Made by a program: the position numbers and the translations under genes. Of a stretch of 64,000 nucleotides of DNA, positions 45,926 to 55,180 are shown one piece after another. How positions within the stretch are numbered: the stretch's first letter is position 1; every line of letters begins with the position of its first letter. This stretch comes from an uncultured bacterium (GTDB lineage: Bacteria; Fermentibacterota; Fermentibacteria; Fermentibacterales; JCC-6): positions 72,175-136,174 of the forward strand of contig CAZSKU010000003.1 of NCBI GenBank assembly GCA_964607515.1, read 5' to 3'. The notes under the pieces were generated by a model, which was given only the letters and a program-made list of their open reading frames with translations, was not told the origin of the DNA and searched no databases.

Positions 45926-46567
45926 CTATGGTTTGCCTCCGCTTGTCCAGTCGAGGCCGATGCTGAATCCGTCCTCCCAGACCATGGATCCCAGTGGGGA
46001 GTCGACCTCGGGAACGGCGAAGAGACTCAGGCGACCCAGGTGCTCCGAATCCCGAATGTCGCCGTCGATGCCTCCCACCGCCAGCATGAGATCTATCACC
46101 CCTGCGGGCCCCAGAATCTCCAGCAGATCGAAGGCGTCGAAGGAAACCCCCAGATCCAGCACCACTATCCTTCCGTCCTCGGGAATTCCGAACTCCCCGG
46201 TGAACACCCCGGTGGCCACCTGGACGCTGTCCCCCCGGGGCTGATCCCCGGGGTCGAGGAACACGTCGTAGTCGAGCCTGACCAGGGTGAGCGGAAAACC
46301 CTCAACCCACTGGCTCGCAATGTTCAGGTTCTTCATCCCGATTCCGAGGTTGAAGTCCACCGGGCATTCCCCCTGAAGCCAGTAGAAGAGCACATCCGCG
46401 GTCTGTTCCGGGCTGAGGCTTTCCAGGTCGTCCAGCGGAATGCCGCACAGGGTGAACTCGCTGGTTTCCTCCACCCTGAACCTGGCCCAGAAGAGTGACA
46501 ACGGGCCGGTTGGGCTACATCCGGCCGCCAGCAGAACCAGACTCAGAATCGCCGGAACCGGTTTCAT
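45926..46567 (-). CDS. hypothetical lipoprotein
   Basis: Lipobox MKPVPAILSLVLLAAGCSP; upstream ORF-track residues are junk. Confidence 0.5.
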   Translation of the reverse strand: MKPVPAILSLVLLAAGCSPTGPLSLFWARFRVEETSEFTLCGIPLDDLESLSPEQTADVLFYWLQGECPVDFNLGIGMKNLNIASQWVEGFPLTLVRLDYDVFLDPGDQPRGDSVQVATGVFTGEFGIPEDGRIVVLDLGVSFDAFDLLEILGPAGVIDLMLAVGGIDGDIRDSEHLGRLSLFAVPEVDSPLGSMVWEDGFSIGLDWTSGGKP

Positions 46568-47037
46568 GGCTGCCCTCCGTTTTCGAAAAGGACACGGTAA
46601 AGCCCGCTGTCCAAGTAAAACCCCAGGGCGTCCAGGGGGTCGTCCGAAAGCCTCCACAGGGAAAGGGACAAAAGGTCCGTGATCATGGGTCTTCCTCCGG
46701 CCTCCTCGTGGATCTCGCCACCGAAACTGAAGTACAGGACCGGTTCTCCGGGAGAAGGGAGCACCTCCGGACCCGGCCCGTTCAGTCGGGCCAGGACTAT
46801 CCGGTCCTCCCGGAGTTCCAGATCGAGCCCGTTTTCGTCCAGTCTCCATGTTCCCGCCGAACCGAGGAACGTGCTCAAACCGTCGGGAACGTAGTAGAAG
46901 TAGTTCCCGTCGGGAAAGAGGAAAAGCGCTTCGCAGAGCCCCGCCGGTATGCAGTCCGTTCCGTGCCAGAACCCCGTCAGGTCGTCTTCGGTGACCGCGG
47001 ACAGCGTCAGCGTCGCTCCGAGAAACGCTGCGATCAT
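46564..47037 (-). CDS. hypothetical secreted protein
   Basis: Signal peptide MIAAFLGATLTLSAV; 4-nt overlap with the downstream gene. Confidence 0.45.
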   Translation of the reverse strand: MIAAFLGATLTLSAVTEDDLTGFWHGTDCIPAGLCEALFLFPDGNYFYYVPDGLSTFLGSAGTWRLDENGLDLELREDRIVLARLNGPGPEVLPSPGEPVLYFSFGGEIHEEAGGRPMITDLLSLSLWRLSDDPLDALGFYLDSGLYRVLFENGGQP

Positions 47038-47723
47038 GGAGCGTTCTCCAGTATCCGTCTCGAGAGCTCCCTGTTGCCCGCCTCCTCCATGGCTGCAGCG
47101 TAGGCTTCCAGGGCCCGCCGGTAGTCCTCCGGACTCATGCATCCCGGAGGAGCGTCATCGCCGGAAAGCAGAAGCTGGTGGGCGGGTATTCCCAGAAGTA
47201 TCATGGCGGCCCGGTCCGCCGCCTGAAAGCACTCCCCTCCGGCCCCCGCCAGGGAGCACCTCAGGGCCGCCTCCATGAACCGGAAGCAAAGTTCCCTGCC
47301 TTCGGGCATCTCCATGGGATACATGATCAGGTCCACCCGGTCCGCGGCATCATCCAGCCTGCCCTGGTCCAGCAAAGCGGAAACCTCGTCGAAATCATCA
47401 CGGTAGGGGTCATCCCGGCCCGATTCCACCGGAACCAGTTCCCAGCCGTCGGCCCGGTAGACCGTCGAGACGGTGGCCGAGGAGAAGGGCGCCTGGGAGT
47501 ACACCGTCAGCAGGGAGCCCTCCGGAGTGAAGAAGGCGCCGGCCTTGGCGGGGTTGAACTCCAGGGGAAAGGGAACGAAGGCTGTGGAAGGCGATTCGCC
47601 GTCGCCGGAAAGGGCGACTTCTGCGGTTCCGTCGGGCAGGACCCGGTAGAGCAGGTACGCTCCGCCGGGATGGTCCTGCACGGGAATCTGTGCGGCAAGC
47701 ACCGCCAGAAAGGCTGTAATCAT
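47034..47723 (-). CDS. hypothetical secreted protein
   Basis: Signal peptide MITAFLAVLAAQIP; longer ORF-track start overlaps tRNA-Gly. Confidence 0.45.
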   Translation of the reverse strand: MITAFLAVLAAQIPVQDHPGGAYLLYRVLPDGTAEVALSGDGESPSTAFVPFPLEFNPAKAGAFFTPEGSLLTVYSQAPFSSATVSTVYRADGWELVPVESGRDDPYRDDFDEVSALLDQGRLDDAADRVDLIMYPMEMPEGRELCFRFMEAALRCSLAGAGGECFQAADRAAMILLGIPAHQLLLSGDDAPPGCMSPEDYRRALEAYAAAMEEAGNRELSRRILENAP

Positions 47724-47768
47724 GAAAAACCTCCCGGGATGGTCCGGGAGGAAGATAACAAAAAGAAG

Positions 47769-47845
<77 letters not shown>

Positions 47846-47897
47846 CCGTGAGTTTTGCGGTTATATGCTCCCCGAGGGGGAATCTGTCAATACCCGG

Positions 47898-48356
47898 TCA
47901 CCGGGAGCCGTCGGGGATTCTTAGCACCACCCAGGCGTCGGTGTACCCCATGGATTTCAGGGTCTGCAGCAGGTCGCCCGCCTGCTCGCAGCTTTCGAAG
48001 GCGCCGACCCGGACCTTGTGATATCCTCCCTCCCGGTCCACGAAAACCCTCTGTCCGACGGCGTTCTCCAGGTTGCAGGCAATGCTCGCCGCCGCCTCGG
48101 GGGTTGAGCAGGCCGCCACCTGGACCGAGTAGGGACCTTCCTGGGCGGCAGCTTCGCTCTGCCCGGCAATCCCTCCCGGAACCGCCAGTGACACCACGTC
48201 GCCGAACCCCGCGAAGGGGTCGGCGCCGTAACCCGGCGGGTCTCCGTATGGGTCCGGAACAGCCCCGGAGGAGCCTTCGGAACCCTCCGGAACGGTCACC
48301 GTACTGCCGCATCCGACGGCGAAACTAAGCAGAAACAGGACCGGAATCCTAGACAT
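47898..48356 (-). CDS. SPOR-domain lipoprotein (septal peptidoglycan binding)
   Basis: Lipobox MSRIPVLFLLSFAVGCGS; C-terminal SPOR fold YSVQVAACSTPEAAASIACNLENAVG...YHKVRVGAFESCEQAGDLLQTLKSMGYTDAWVV. Confidence 0.7.
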   Translation of the reverse strand: MSRIPVLFLLSFAVGCGSTVTVPEGSEGSSGAVPDPYGDPPGYGADPFAGFGDVVSLAVPGGIAGQSEAAAQEGPYSVQVAACSTPEAAASIACNLENAVGQRVFVDREGGYHKVRVGAFESCEQAGDLLQTLKSMGYTDAWVVLRIPDGSR

Positions 48357-49281
48357 CCCCGCTCCTCCGGGCCAGGATGAAGGCGTCCAGCAGGGGGAGC
48401 ATCAGTTCATGGTGGCCGGTGATGCTCAGGGCGGTGCCGCCCAGGGCCGCCGCCGGTCTGGCGAGAACGTTCTGGGCGGGTCGGTACTGCCTTATCATGT
48501 CGAAGTCCGCCAGGGTCATCCCCTCCACGGGGAAACCCAGATTCCTGGCTCCGGTGAGGGCCTTTAGGAAAACCTCCGGCATTACCACGGCGCTGCCGGC
48601 GTTCACCGCAACCCCCCCGGCCAGGGAGCCGACCACCGAACCGAAGGTGCGGAAATCCTTTTCCGAAGCACGTGCGAGCTTCTCCCAGGACACCCCCGGG
48701 TGGGGGTGGACTATGTCGCAGCCCAGGCTGGGGTGCACCGTGGCGGGCAAGCCCATCCGGGCCGCCATGGCCAGGGGGCTGAACCGTGGGTCCCCGCCTC
48801 CGGCCAGTATCTCCTCCCCCATGGCCCTTCCCAGACCGGAGTCCCTGTCCAGAGCCGAAGCGTAGTGCTCCCCGGTCTCCCTCCACATTCCGAAACTTCC
48901 GTCGCGGATGCCTTCCTGCACGTCCTCCGAGGTCTGGCCGTACAGGGCGAGCTCCAGGTCGTGGATGGAGCCGGCTCCGTTGGTGGCCAGCGCCGTGAAC
49001 ACGCCGTCCCGCAGCCAGCGGCACAGAAGGGGGCCCAGCCCGCATTTGATGACGTGCCCGCCGTACATCAGGAGCCTTTCCGCCCCCCTGTTCCGGGCTT
49101 CGACCAGGGCTTCGGCCAGCACCCTCATGGACCTTACCGCAAGAACGTCCGGAAACTGGTTCACGAAGTCTGCAAGGGGAGTTCCGGCGTTCCAGTCACC
49201 GGCAAGATCCCCGGGGCGCACCCGGGCGGTCCTGTCCCGAAGGCTTCCCAGCCTGAGTCTATCCCTCCGGAATTCCATCAT
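48349..49281 (-). CDS. deoxyhypusine-synthase-like (DHS family) protein
   Basis: GGHVIKCGL...ALATNGAGSIHDLELAL resembles the DHS TTAGG(I/V)EED NAD-binding region; assignment from memory of the motif only. Confidence 0.4.
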   Translation of the reverse strand: MMEFRRDRLRLGSLRDRTARVRPGDLAGDWNAGTPLADFVNQFPDVLAVRSMRVLAEALVEARNRGAERLLMYGGHVIKCGLGPLLCRWLRDGVFTALATNGAGSIHDLELALYGQTSEDVQEGIRDGSFGMWRETGEHYASALDRDSGLGRAMGEEILAGGGDPRFSPLAMAARMGLPATVHPSLGCDIVHPHPGVSWEKLARASEKDFRTFGSVVGSLAGGVAVNAGSAVVMPEVFLKALTGARNLGFPVEGMTLADFDMIRQYRPAQNVLARPAAALGGTALSITGHHELMLPLLDAFILARRSGDV

Positions 49282-49996
49282 ACCCAACCTCCACAAGGGT
49301 AAGGCCCCGGGCGGGCAGAGAGGGGCCGGGAGAGCATCCGGAATCACCCCTGAGTATTCTTTCCGGCACATCGGGCGGAATCCTTCCAGCGCCCACCCTG
49401 AGGAGGGTGCCGGCCCATATCCTCACCACGCCCCGGAGAAATCTGTCGGAAGTGACGGTGATCGTCCACCCCGCCGGGTCTCCGGTGACCCGGGCTTCCC
49501 TTACGTCCATGGTCCAGGTGCGGTTTCCGCCTCCGGTCCTGGCGAACCCCCGCCAGTCGCCCCTGCCGATGCACCTTCCGGCGGCCAGGTTCATGGCCGC
49601 CCCGTCCAGCGAAAACCCTGGCTGGTACTCGGTGCGGGCCCGTAGGGGGCTCTTTTCCCGGCCTATCCTGTAGGCGTAGGTTCTCTTCACCGCGTGGAAT
49701 CTGGCGTGAAATTCCGGCGGTACCGGAACGATTCTCTTCAGCGCGATGTCCGGGGGGAGTATCCTTCCAGCCGCCTCCAGGGCTTCAGGCCCCCGGTCCA
49801 CGTCCACGTGGGCCGGCATGGCCAGGGCGTGGACCCCCGAATCGGTTCTTCCGGCTCCGGTGATTCTCGTCTCCCGACCGGTTATGCGACGCAGGCGGTT
49901 TTCCACCTCCCCCTGCACCGTGCGCCTTCCGGGCTGGAGCTGGAATCCGCTGAAACCGGTCCCGTCGTACTCCAGGAAAATCAGATACCTTCCCAT
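49259..49996 (-). CDS. truA: tRNA pseudouridine(38-40) synthase
   Basis: LEYDGTGFSGFQ...RTDSGVHA catalytic Asp motif. Confidence 0.85.
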   Translation of the reverse strand: MGRYLIFLEYDGTGFSGFQLQPGRRTVQGEVENRLRRITGRETRITGAGRTDSGVHALAMPAHVDVDRGPEALEAAGRILPPDIALKRIVPVPPEFHARFHAVKRTYAYRIGREKSPLRARTEYQPGFSLDGAAMNLAAGRCIGRGDWRGFARTGGGNRTWTMDVREARVTGDPAGWTITVTSDRFLRGVVRIWAGTLLRVGAGRIPPDVPERILRGDSGCSPGPSLPARGLTLVEVGYDGIPEG

Positions 49997-50002
49997 GCCC
50001 CC

Positions 50003-50479
50003 TCAGAGAACCCCGGCCGTCGCCAGGGCCAGAAACAGCCATCCCGCTCCCGCCAGGAACGCCGGTGTGAAACCTATCTCCGGCACTCTTTCCTCCGGCG
50101 GCTCGATACCGGCCAGCACCTCCTCCGCCACCCCCGCCAGCCTGCCGCGGAGGAGCGGTTTTCCCGCCCCCCGGGTCCATGCTTTCCGGGCGGCTGCGGC
50201 TGCGGCTCCTCCGGCCAGGAGGGCGAATATCACCGGTTCCAGAGGTTTTTCGAGGAAGCGGACCTTTCCAGCCAGCCTCCGCAGAACTCCGGCGCACCCG
50301 GCTGCCCCCAGGGACCAGGCGAAGTAGGATCCCGCGGCGGCTGCGGAAAGCCATCGGAGCGAGGGAATGACGGCCTCAGGCGACCGCAGCAGGGCCCAGC
50401 CCAGGGCAAGCCCCGGGGGCAGCGCCAGGGCCGAAAGCCGTTTCAGGTAGCCAACCCCCCCCTGAAGAGCACCGGCCAC
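50003..50479 (-). CDS. hypothetical Ala-rich membrane protein
   Basis: Three or four hydrophobic segments; coding potential only moderately convincing. Confidence 0.35.
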   Translation of the reverse strand: MAGALQGGVGYLKRLSALALPPGLALGWALLRSPEAVIPSLRWLSAAAAGSYFAWSLGAAGCAGVLRRLAGKVRFLEKPLEPVIFALLAGGAAAAAARKAWTRGAGKPLLRGRLAGVAEEVLAGIEPPEERVPEIGFTPAFLAGAGWLFLALATAGVL

Positions 50480-50574
50480 CGGGAACAGACCGAAACCGGC
50501 CAGACTTTCGGGCCTGCACAGAAAAGCAGACCCGGGGGTTCCCGCCAGGGCGGCGAAGACCAGTATCGCCCCGG

Positions 50575-51558
50575 TCAGACCGCTCCCTCCATGTCCCGGG
50601 CCAGCAACCGCTGAACCAGCCTGAACTCGGTGGGCGGAGCGGAGTTGAACTCCATCTCCTCCCCGGTCACCGGGTGAATGAATCCCAGGGTTTCCGCGTG
50701 GAGCATTTGATGCCCGGCCAGCCGTAGGACATCAGCCACCAGCTCCCTGTCGGCTTTCACCGAGGAGTGGCATGCGGGTTTCATGCCGCCGTACTTGGCG
50801 TCGGCTATCACCGGACACCCCATGCAGGTGGCCCCATGGACCCTTATCTGGTGGGTTCTGCCGGTCTCCAGCCGGAACTCCAGCAGGTCGGCGAACCGGA
50901 AAGGCTTGATTACCTTGTAGTTGGTGACGGCCCGGCGCCCCCCCGACACCACGGCCATCTTCTGCCGGTTCACCGGGTGCCTGCCGATGGGGGCGTCTAT
51001 GCGCCCCTGAGGGGGATCCGGGTGGTTCCAGCAGAGAGCGAGGTACCTTCTCCTGACGCTTCTGGAGGAGAGCTGGGAGGAGAGGCCCCGGTGGGTGACG
51101 TCGTCTTTGGCCGCCACCAGCAGACCCGTCGTGTCCTTGTCCAGCCGGTGGACTATCCCCGGGCGGAGTTCCCCGCTGATTCCCGACAGGTTCCTGCAGT
51201 GGAAGAGCAGCCCGTTCACCAGGGTCCCGCTCCGGGCGAAAGCCGTGGGATGGACCACCAGACCGGGCTGCTTGTTCACCACCACCAGATGGTCGTCCTC
51301 GAAGACAAGGTCCAGCGGAATATTCTCGGGAGCCAGCTCGATCGGTTCGGGGTCGGGTACGTTCAGACAGACCGTACACCCCCGGCGGAGCCTGGTGGAG
51401 GGTTTGGAAGCCACCTCCCCCTCCACTGACACATGGCCGTTGCGGATAAGGGTGCTGATGTAGCTGCGGCTCTGGTCAACATCCTCCTGGCTCACCAGGA
51501 AGCTGTCCAGCCGCACTCCCTCCTCATCCTCCTCGACGGAGAAACAGAGCGCCGGCAA
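50575..51558 (-). CDS. RluA-family 23S rRNA pseudouridine synthase (RluD-like) with N-terminal S4 domain
   Basis: S4 domain (RLDSFL), catalytic HRLDKDTTGLLV. Confidence 0.85.
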   Translation of the reverse strand: MPALCFSVEEDEEGVRLDSFLVSQEDVDQSRSYISTLIRNGHVSVEGEVASKPSTRLRRGCTVCLNVPDPEPIELAPENIPLDLVFEDDHLVVVNKQPGLVVHPTAFARSGTLVNGLLFHCRNLSGISGELRPGIVHRLDKDTTGLLVAAKDDVTHRGLSSQLSSRSVRRRYLALCWNHPDPPQGRIDAPIGRHPVNRQKMAVVSGGRRAVTNYKVIKPFRFADLLEFRLETGRTHQIRVHGATCMGCPVIADAKYGGMKPACHSSVKADRELVADVLRLAGHQMLHAETLGFIHPVTGEEMEFNSAPPTEFRLVQRLLARDMEGAV

Positions 51559-51562
51559 CTGG

Positions 51563-52030
51563 CTACTGGGTTCGCAGTATCAGATGGTAGCCGAACTGGG
51601 TTTCCACCACGCCGGACACCTCGCCCACTTCCAGGGCGAAGGCCGCCTGTTCGAACTCCCGCACCATGGCTCCCCTGCCGAAGACCCCCAGAGCGCCGCC
51701 GTCCCTGCCGGAGGGGCAATCCGAATACTCGCTGGCTGCCTCGGCGAAGCCGATCTCTCCGGCGGCGACCCTGTCCTGGATCTCGCCGATCAGAGCCTGG
51801 GCTTCCTCCCGGGTTCTCTCGATCCCCTGGACCTGGCTTCCGGCATAGCTGACCAGAATGTGGCTGGCACCGACTGCTGTCACTTCCTGCTCCTCGATTG
51901 CCGTCGTGTCCGGCACTTCCACCGGAACGTCCTCCACCGGGGGCTGAACCTGGTCCCCCGGCACGGGTTCCTGACCGCACGCCGTCGCCAGGAGAGCGGC
52001 AGCCAGGGCGAACGGAACCAGTCGTTTCAC
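51563..52030 (-). CDS. parvulin-type peptidyl-prolyl isomerase lipoprotein
   Basis: Lipobox MKRLVPFALAAALLATACG; PpiC domain ...GGALGVFGRGAMVREFEQAAFAL...FGYHLI. Confidence 0.75.
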   Translation of the reverse strand: MKRLVPFALAAALLATACGQEPVPGDQVQPPVEDVPVEVPDTTAIEEQEVTAVGASHILVSYAGSQVQGIERTREEAQALIGEIQDRVAAGEIGFAEAASEYSDCPSGRDGGALGVFGRGAMVREFEQAAFALEVGEVSGVVETQFGYHLILRTQ

Positions 52031-52093
52031 TGAATCCTCCTTTAACTGCGTGAATCGGAACGCCGCAAATATACCGGGTCCGCCGGGTGTTGA

Positions 52094-52128
52094 CAGGGGT
52101 TGAGGGCATTACCGATACTACGAAAGCC
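52094..52128 (+). promoter_or_regulatory. candidate promoter for the aminotransferase unit (TTGACA-18nt-GATACT)
   Basis: Hexamers read by eye in the 180-nt divergent intergenic region. Confidence 0.3.
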
Positions 52129-52167
52129 CATGATCCTTTTTTCTCTATTGGACAGGAAAGGGGTGCA

Positions 52168-53379
52168 CCGTTGGAACGGGAGAAATACTTCGCGTCGAGA
52201 ACCCGAGGAATGAAAAGATCGGTGATCAGGGAGCTGTTGAAACTCACCAGCAAACCCGAGGTCATCAGCTTCGCCGGGGGCCTTCCGGCGCCCAGAACCT
52301 TCCCGGTGGAAGATGTGAGGAAGGCCGTTCTCGACGTTCTTGAAACATCCGCCGACCTGGCCCTTCAGTACGGTGCCACCGAGGGCGACGGCAATCTTCG
52401 CAGGGAACTGGCCAGGGTGATGAAGGCCGACGGCATTGACGCCGATCCGGACCACATCCTGGTGACCACGGCCAGCCAGCAGGGGCTGGATCTCATCGGA
52501 AAGGTGTTCCTTGATCCGGGCGACACCTGCGTGTGCGGCCTCCCCACATACCTGGGCGGCCTTCAGGCCATCAGGAGCTACGAAGGCATCCCCGTGGGAA
52601 CTCCGCTGGACGACGAAGGAATGATCCCCGATGAACTTGAGAAAACCCTGGATACCCTGGAAGCACAGAACAGAAGGCCCAGGTTCCTCTACATCATTCC
52701 TGACTTCCAGAACCCCGCCGGGGTGACCATCCCCGCGGCCAGGCGGAAACGGATAGTGGAGATCGCCCGCCAGCGTGACTACCTGATCGTGGAGGACACG
52801 CCCTACAGGCAGATCCGCTTCACCGGAGAGCATCAGCCCACCTTTCAGAGCCTCGCCCCGGAACGGGTTCTCTCGCTGTACACCTTCAGCAAGATTCTCC
52901 TTCCCGGCTTCAGGATCGGATGGGCCTACGGCCCGGACTGGATAGTGGAGAAACTGGTAATGGCCAAGCAGTCCGCCGACCTGTGCACCACCCCCTTCTG
53001 CCAAGCCATCGCCGCGAGAATGCTCTCCCAGGGGGTGCTGGAGAAAGGTCTTGCCGAAACCATCAAGCTCTACAGGCACCGCTGCGCCCTGATGCTGCAG
53101 TGCTTCGACGAGCACCTCTCGGGAATTCCGGGGGTCCACTGGACACGTCCCGAGGGGGGGCTTTTCCTGTGGCTGCGGCTCCCTCCGGGCAACAACACCA
53201 CGGAGCTGTTCAAGAAGGCCATAGACATGAACGTGGCCTACGTTCCCGGAAGCGCCTTCTACCCCGAGGGCGACGACCACACCGGAATGCGGCTCAACTT
53301 CAGCTATTCAGACGACGAAAAGACCGTCGAAGGGGTTAAACGCCTCAGCGCCCTCATCCGAGAGGCGATCGGGAGGTAG
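52168..53379 (+). CDS. PLP-dependent aminotransferase (fold type I; LysN / 2-aminoadipate or aromatic aminotransferase-like)
   Basis: Collinear with Thermus LysN (IRELLKL...SFAGGLPAP...ALQY...RFLYIIPDFQNPAG...YTFSKIL PLP-Lys); start uncertain: TTG 52168 with AAGGGG upstream, GTG 52087, or ATG 52210. Confidence 0.75.
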   Translation, partial: PLEREKYFASRTRGMKRSVIRELLKLTSKPEVISFAGGLPAPRTFPVEDVRKAVLDVLETSADLALQYGATEGDGNLRRELARVMKADGIDADPDHILVTTASQQGLDLIGKVFLDPGDTCVCGLPTYLGGLQAIRSYEGIPVGTPLDDEGMIPDELEKTLDTLEAQNRRPRFLYIIPDFQNPAGVTIPAARRKRIVEIARQRDYLIVEDTPYRQIRFTGEHQPTFQSLAPERVLSLYTFSKILLPGFRIGWAYGPDWIVEKLVMAKQSADLCTTPFCQAIAARMLSQGVLEKGLAETIKLYRHRCALMLQCFDEHLSGIPGVHWTRPEGGLFLWLRLPPGNNTTELFKKAIDMNVAYVPGSAFYPEGDDHTGMRLNFSYSDDEKTVEGVKRLSALIREAIGR

Positions 53380-53399
53380 CCTCCCGGGAAAGGACGTCT

Positions 53400-54362
53400 T
53401 TGAACACCTCGACGATCTACATGGGCATGCGCCTGCGGAATCCGGTCATCGTGGGCAGCAGCGGCCTCACATCCACACCTGAGAAGGTCGCCGCCTGCCG
53501 GAACGCCGGGGCCGGCGCCGTTGTTCTCAAATCTATATTCGAAGAGCAGATAGAACGGGATCTGGGCCTTTTGTCCGGCTCCTCCTGGTACCCCGAGGCC
53601 GCGGACTACATCGGCAGGTACGGCATGGACGACGCGGTGGCCCGTTACCTGGCCCTGTTCCGGGAGGCCTCCGCCAGGGTGGACATTCCGGTGATTCCCA
53701 GCATCCACTGCTTCGGCTCCGGCAAGTGGGTGGACTTCGCCGCCAGACTTCAGGACGCCGGCGCTCCGGCGCTCGAGCTGAACGCCTTCATCCTCCCCTC
53801 CGACCCCCGGAAGACCGGCCGGGAGAACGAGCAGTCAATCCTGGACATCGTCTCCGGTATCAGGAAGGTGGTCACCATCCCCGTGGCGGTGAAACTGGGC
53901 AGCCACTTCTCCGGCCTCTCAACCTTCGCCCGGGAACTGGAAGCCGCCGGGGCCGACGCCCTGGTGCTCTTCAACCGGTTCTACATGCTGGACATAGATA
54001 TCGAGAAGATGCAGATCGTTCCGGGGGCCAACCTCAGCAACCCGCAGGAAGCCCAGACCGTAACCCGCTGGATATCCATCCTCAGGCCCCTGCTGAAGTG
54101 CGATCTGGCGGCCACCACCGGGATCCACGACGGCCCGGGGCTGGTGAGGCAGATCCTGGCTGGGGCGAGAGCGGTTCAGGTCTGCAGCGTGCTCTATAGA
54201 AACGGGCTCGGGGCGGTTGCCCCGATGCTGGCCTTCCTGTCGGACTGGATGAAGAGGCACGGCCACCAGTCCATAGACTCGTTCATGGGAAACATGGCGG
54301 CCGCCGCCAACCCGGCGGAGTTCCTCCGGGTGCAGTTCATGAAGGTTTCCCTGGAGCAGTAG
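53400..54362 (+). CDS. dihydroorotate-dehydrogenase-like TIM-barrel flavoprotein (PyrD/PreA family)
   Basis: MRLRNPVIVGSSGLTSTPEKV...GAVVLKSI and C-terminal FMN-binding signatures. Confidence 0.6.
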   Translation: MNTSTIYMGMRLRNPVIVGSSGLTSTPEKVAACRNAGAGAVVLKSIFEEQIERDLGLLSGSSWYPEAADYIGRYGMDDAVARYLALFREASARVDIPVIPSIHCFGSGKWVDFAARLQDAGAPALELNAFILPSDPRKTGRENEQSILDIVSGIRKVVTIPVAVKLGSHFSGLSTFARELEAAGADALVLFNRFYMLDIDIEKMQIVPGANLSNPQEAQTVTRWISILRPLLKCDLAATTGIHDGPGLVRQILAGARAVQVCSVLYRNGLGAVAPMLAFLSDWMKRHGHQSIDSFMGNMAAAANPAEFLRVQFMKVSLEQ

Positions 54363-54375
54363 ACAGGGATGGAGT

Positions 54376-54414
54376 AACGCCCCGGAGGACACTTCCCCCG
54401 GGGCGTTTCCTTTT
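54376..54414. terminator. bidirectional terminator between convergent genes (AACGCCCCGG-11nt loop-CCGGGGCGUU, A-tract 5', U-tract 3')
   Basis: 10-bp GC stem with UCCUUUUA on plus and the complementary A-tract read as U on minus. Confidence 0.7.
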
Positions 54415-54679
54415 ACCGGCTCCCGCAGCCTCCGCAGCCGCCTGCGCCGCAGGGCGCGGCGACTTCCCGGACAGGCTTGCACACGTACGCCAAATCGTCC
54501 GAGCAGGAACAGGAATCCGCGCACCCGCAGTCATCCCCGCAGGTGCACTCCCCGCCCTCCAGGCACCCGCAGTCCGGGGTGCATTCGCAGTCGCACTCCC
54601 CGCAGCGCTCGGGGGGATCCCCCGGAACCGCGAATGCCAGGGCGGCCGCCACCAGGGCCGCTACCGCCAGCTTTCTCAC
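54413..54679 (-). CDS. small secreted cysteine-rich (metallothionein-like) protein
   Basis: Signal peptide MRKLAVAALVAAALAFAVPG then 16 Cys in about 65 aa as CxC/CxxC clusters (CGECDCECTPDCGCLEGGECTCGDDCGCADSCSCS...CGAGGCGGCG); own AT-richer upstream region and terminator. Confidence 0.55.
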   Translation of the reverse strand: MRKLAVAALVAAALAFAVPGDPPERCGECDCECTPDCGCLEGGECTCGDDCGCADSCSCSDDLAYVCKPVREVAAPCGAGGCGGCGSR

Positions 54680-54777
54680 AGGAACTCCTTTCCATGGGGT
54701 TCACAGAGGACTCTATACCATTATGGTAGGAATATGTTCCCGGACCGCTATGCCTGCCATTGTGCCGGCAGACCTTT

Positions 54778-55164
54778 TCACTTGAACAGGAGCCTGACTT
54801 CCTCTTTCATCAGGGTCACCAGGGTGAAGACCCCGAGTATGGTGCCGAAGGGCATGAAGATGCACTCGATACCCGCCATGACCATGCAGAAACCGTGCTT
54901 CCTCCTGCCCCGGAGCCTTCTTCCCGCGGCGATGACGAACCCAGCCAGGGTCCAGCCCACGGTGATGGCCACGGCGGCAAGAACCACGAAGACCAGCCCC
55001 ATTATCGGCGGGGGAGGGTTTTCTGACTCGGGAAAGTCGCCCGTCATGAAGACTATGCCCATTGTGAGGTGAATCAGGAATATGGAGGCCCCCAGGATCA
55101 TCAATACGCCCACCACGTAATGAAAGATTCCCAGCAGATCCAGCACCCTCTCGTCCTGCGTCAT
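54778..55164 (-). CDS. hypothetical 4-TM membrane protein
   Basis: Four hydrophobic helices; PPPP linker. Confidence 0.45.
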   Translation of the reverse strand: MTQDERVLDLLGIFHYVVGVLMILGASIFLIHLTMGIVFMTGDFPESENPPPPIMGLVFVVLAAVAITVGWTLAGFVIAAGRRLRGRRKHGFCMVMAGIECIFMPFGTILGVFTLVTLMKEEVRLLFK

Positions 55165-55180
55165 CCCATTCCCTTCCTTT

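Noticed and set aside
50003-50614. Longer membrane-protein gene extending upstream of 50479 toward rluD
   Set aside because: There is no in-frame start codon between 50480 and the rluD stop. Overall coding evidence for this Ala-rich ORF is weak, so it is kept only as a low-confidence hypothetical.
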